A stretch of 64,000 nucleotides of DNA, from positions 4,948 to 68,947 of the forward strand of contig MFLU01000002.1 in the NCBI GenBank assembly GCA_001783335.1, read 5' to 3'. Position 1 is the stretch's first letter. Every line of letters starts with the position of its first letter. The stretch comes from Candidatus Kaiserbacteria bacterium RIFCSPLOWO2_01_FULL_50_24 (GTDB taxonomy: Bacteria; Patescibacteriota; Minisyncoccia; Phycocordibacterales; UBA2100). Both the position numbers and the translations under genes were made by a program. Positions 63,927-64,000 of the stretch are shown here, piece by piece. Under the pieces are notes generated by a model that was not told the origin of the DNA, searched no databases, and worked only from the letters and a program-made list of their open reading frames with translations.

Positions 63927-64000
63927 CGTTAAAGTATATCGTGCGCATGTGCGGCAAAGAGGTTATGTCCCCACACGAGCAAAAACACAAAACACCCCAG

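Noticed and set aside
1-64000. Transposase, integrase or TnpB genes accounting for the many repeat families. Also prophage or defence islands.
   Set aside because: None of the ORFs shows DDE, HUH, tyrosine or serine recombinase or RuvC-like TnpB signatures. I recognised no phage structural genes, restriction-modification genes or known defence genes. The repeats appear non-autonomous.

Overview
This 64 kb window is a gene-dense bacterial chromosomal segment, roughly 55% GC and using the standard genetic code. It contains the replication origin: the dnaA-dnaN pair with an AT-rich intergenic region carrying DnaA-box-like 9-mers, next to rpmH-rnpA-yidC-jag.

The window is rich in type IV pilus genes. 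These are pilM/pilN, a prepilin, a PilB/GspE ATPase, and a pilC cluster with three or four pilin-like genes. It also carries DNA repair and recombination genes (ruvX, ruvA, ruvB and yebC-ruvC at four separate loci, polA, recJ, rnhA, comEC, a holA-like gene), cell-wall genes (a class A PBP and a MurE-like ligase), glycolysis genes (pgk-tpiA), a superoxide dismutase, mscL, tsaE, a TrmH-family methyltransferase, a YafQ/RelE-type toxin-antitoxin pair, and three tRNAs (Ser-TGA, Arg, Lys-TTT).

The most notable locus is a 14 kb minus-strand cluster at 34164-48392. It encodes a VirB4-family ATPase with a DEAW Walker B motif, a large polytopic VirB6/TrbL-like protein, a VirB3/PrgI-like small membrane protein, a possible VirB2-like two-TM protein, and several secreted or anchored hypothetical proteins. 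This is a minimised monoderm-type T4SS-like system with no relaxase or VirD4 in the window. ComEC sits 2 kb away, which suggests a ComB-like DNA-uptake role. This is inference only.

The second notable feature is a very high density of structured intergenic repeats in at least eight families, including MITE-like TIR elements and nested palindromes. Two about 100 nt copies (11429-11531 and 58252-58352) share a 20 bp closing stem and conserved internal-loop sequences, but their inner hairpins differ in sequence. No transposase, integrase, cas gene or reverse transcriptase was recognised.

Other points of interest are a secreted protein with eight 48-aa Cys4/His repeats and a Q/Y/S-rich tail (22117-24120), and a promoter-ORF-terminator cassette preceded by two 90 bp direct repeats (25363-26030). 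Several GC-rich non-coding regions look like unassigned structured RNAs. The gene content (short YebC, long pilin leaders, T4SS-like locus, tRNAs starting with a C1:G72 pair) is compatible with a small-genome lineage such as a Patescibacteria/CPR bacterium, but that assignment is a guess.
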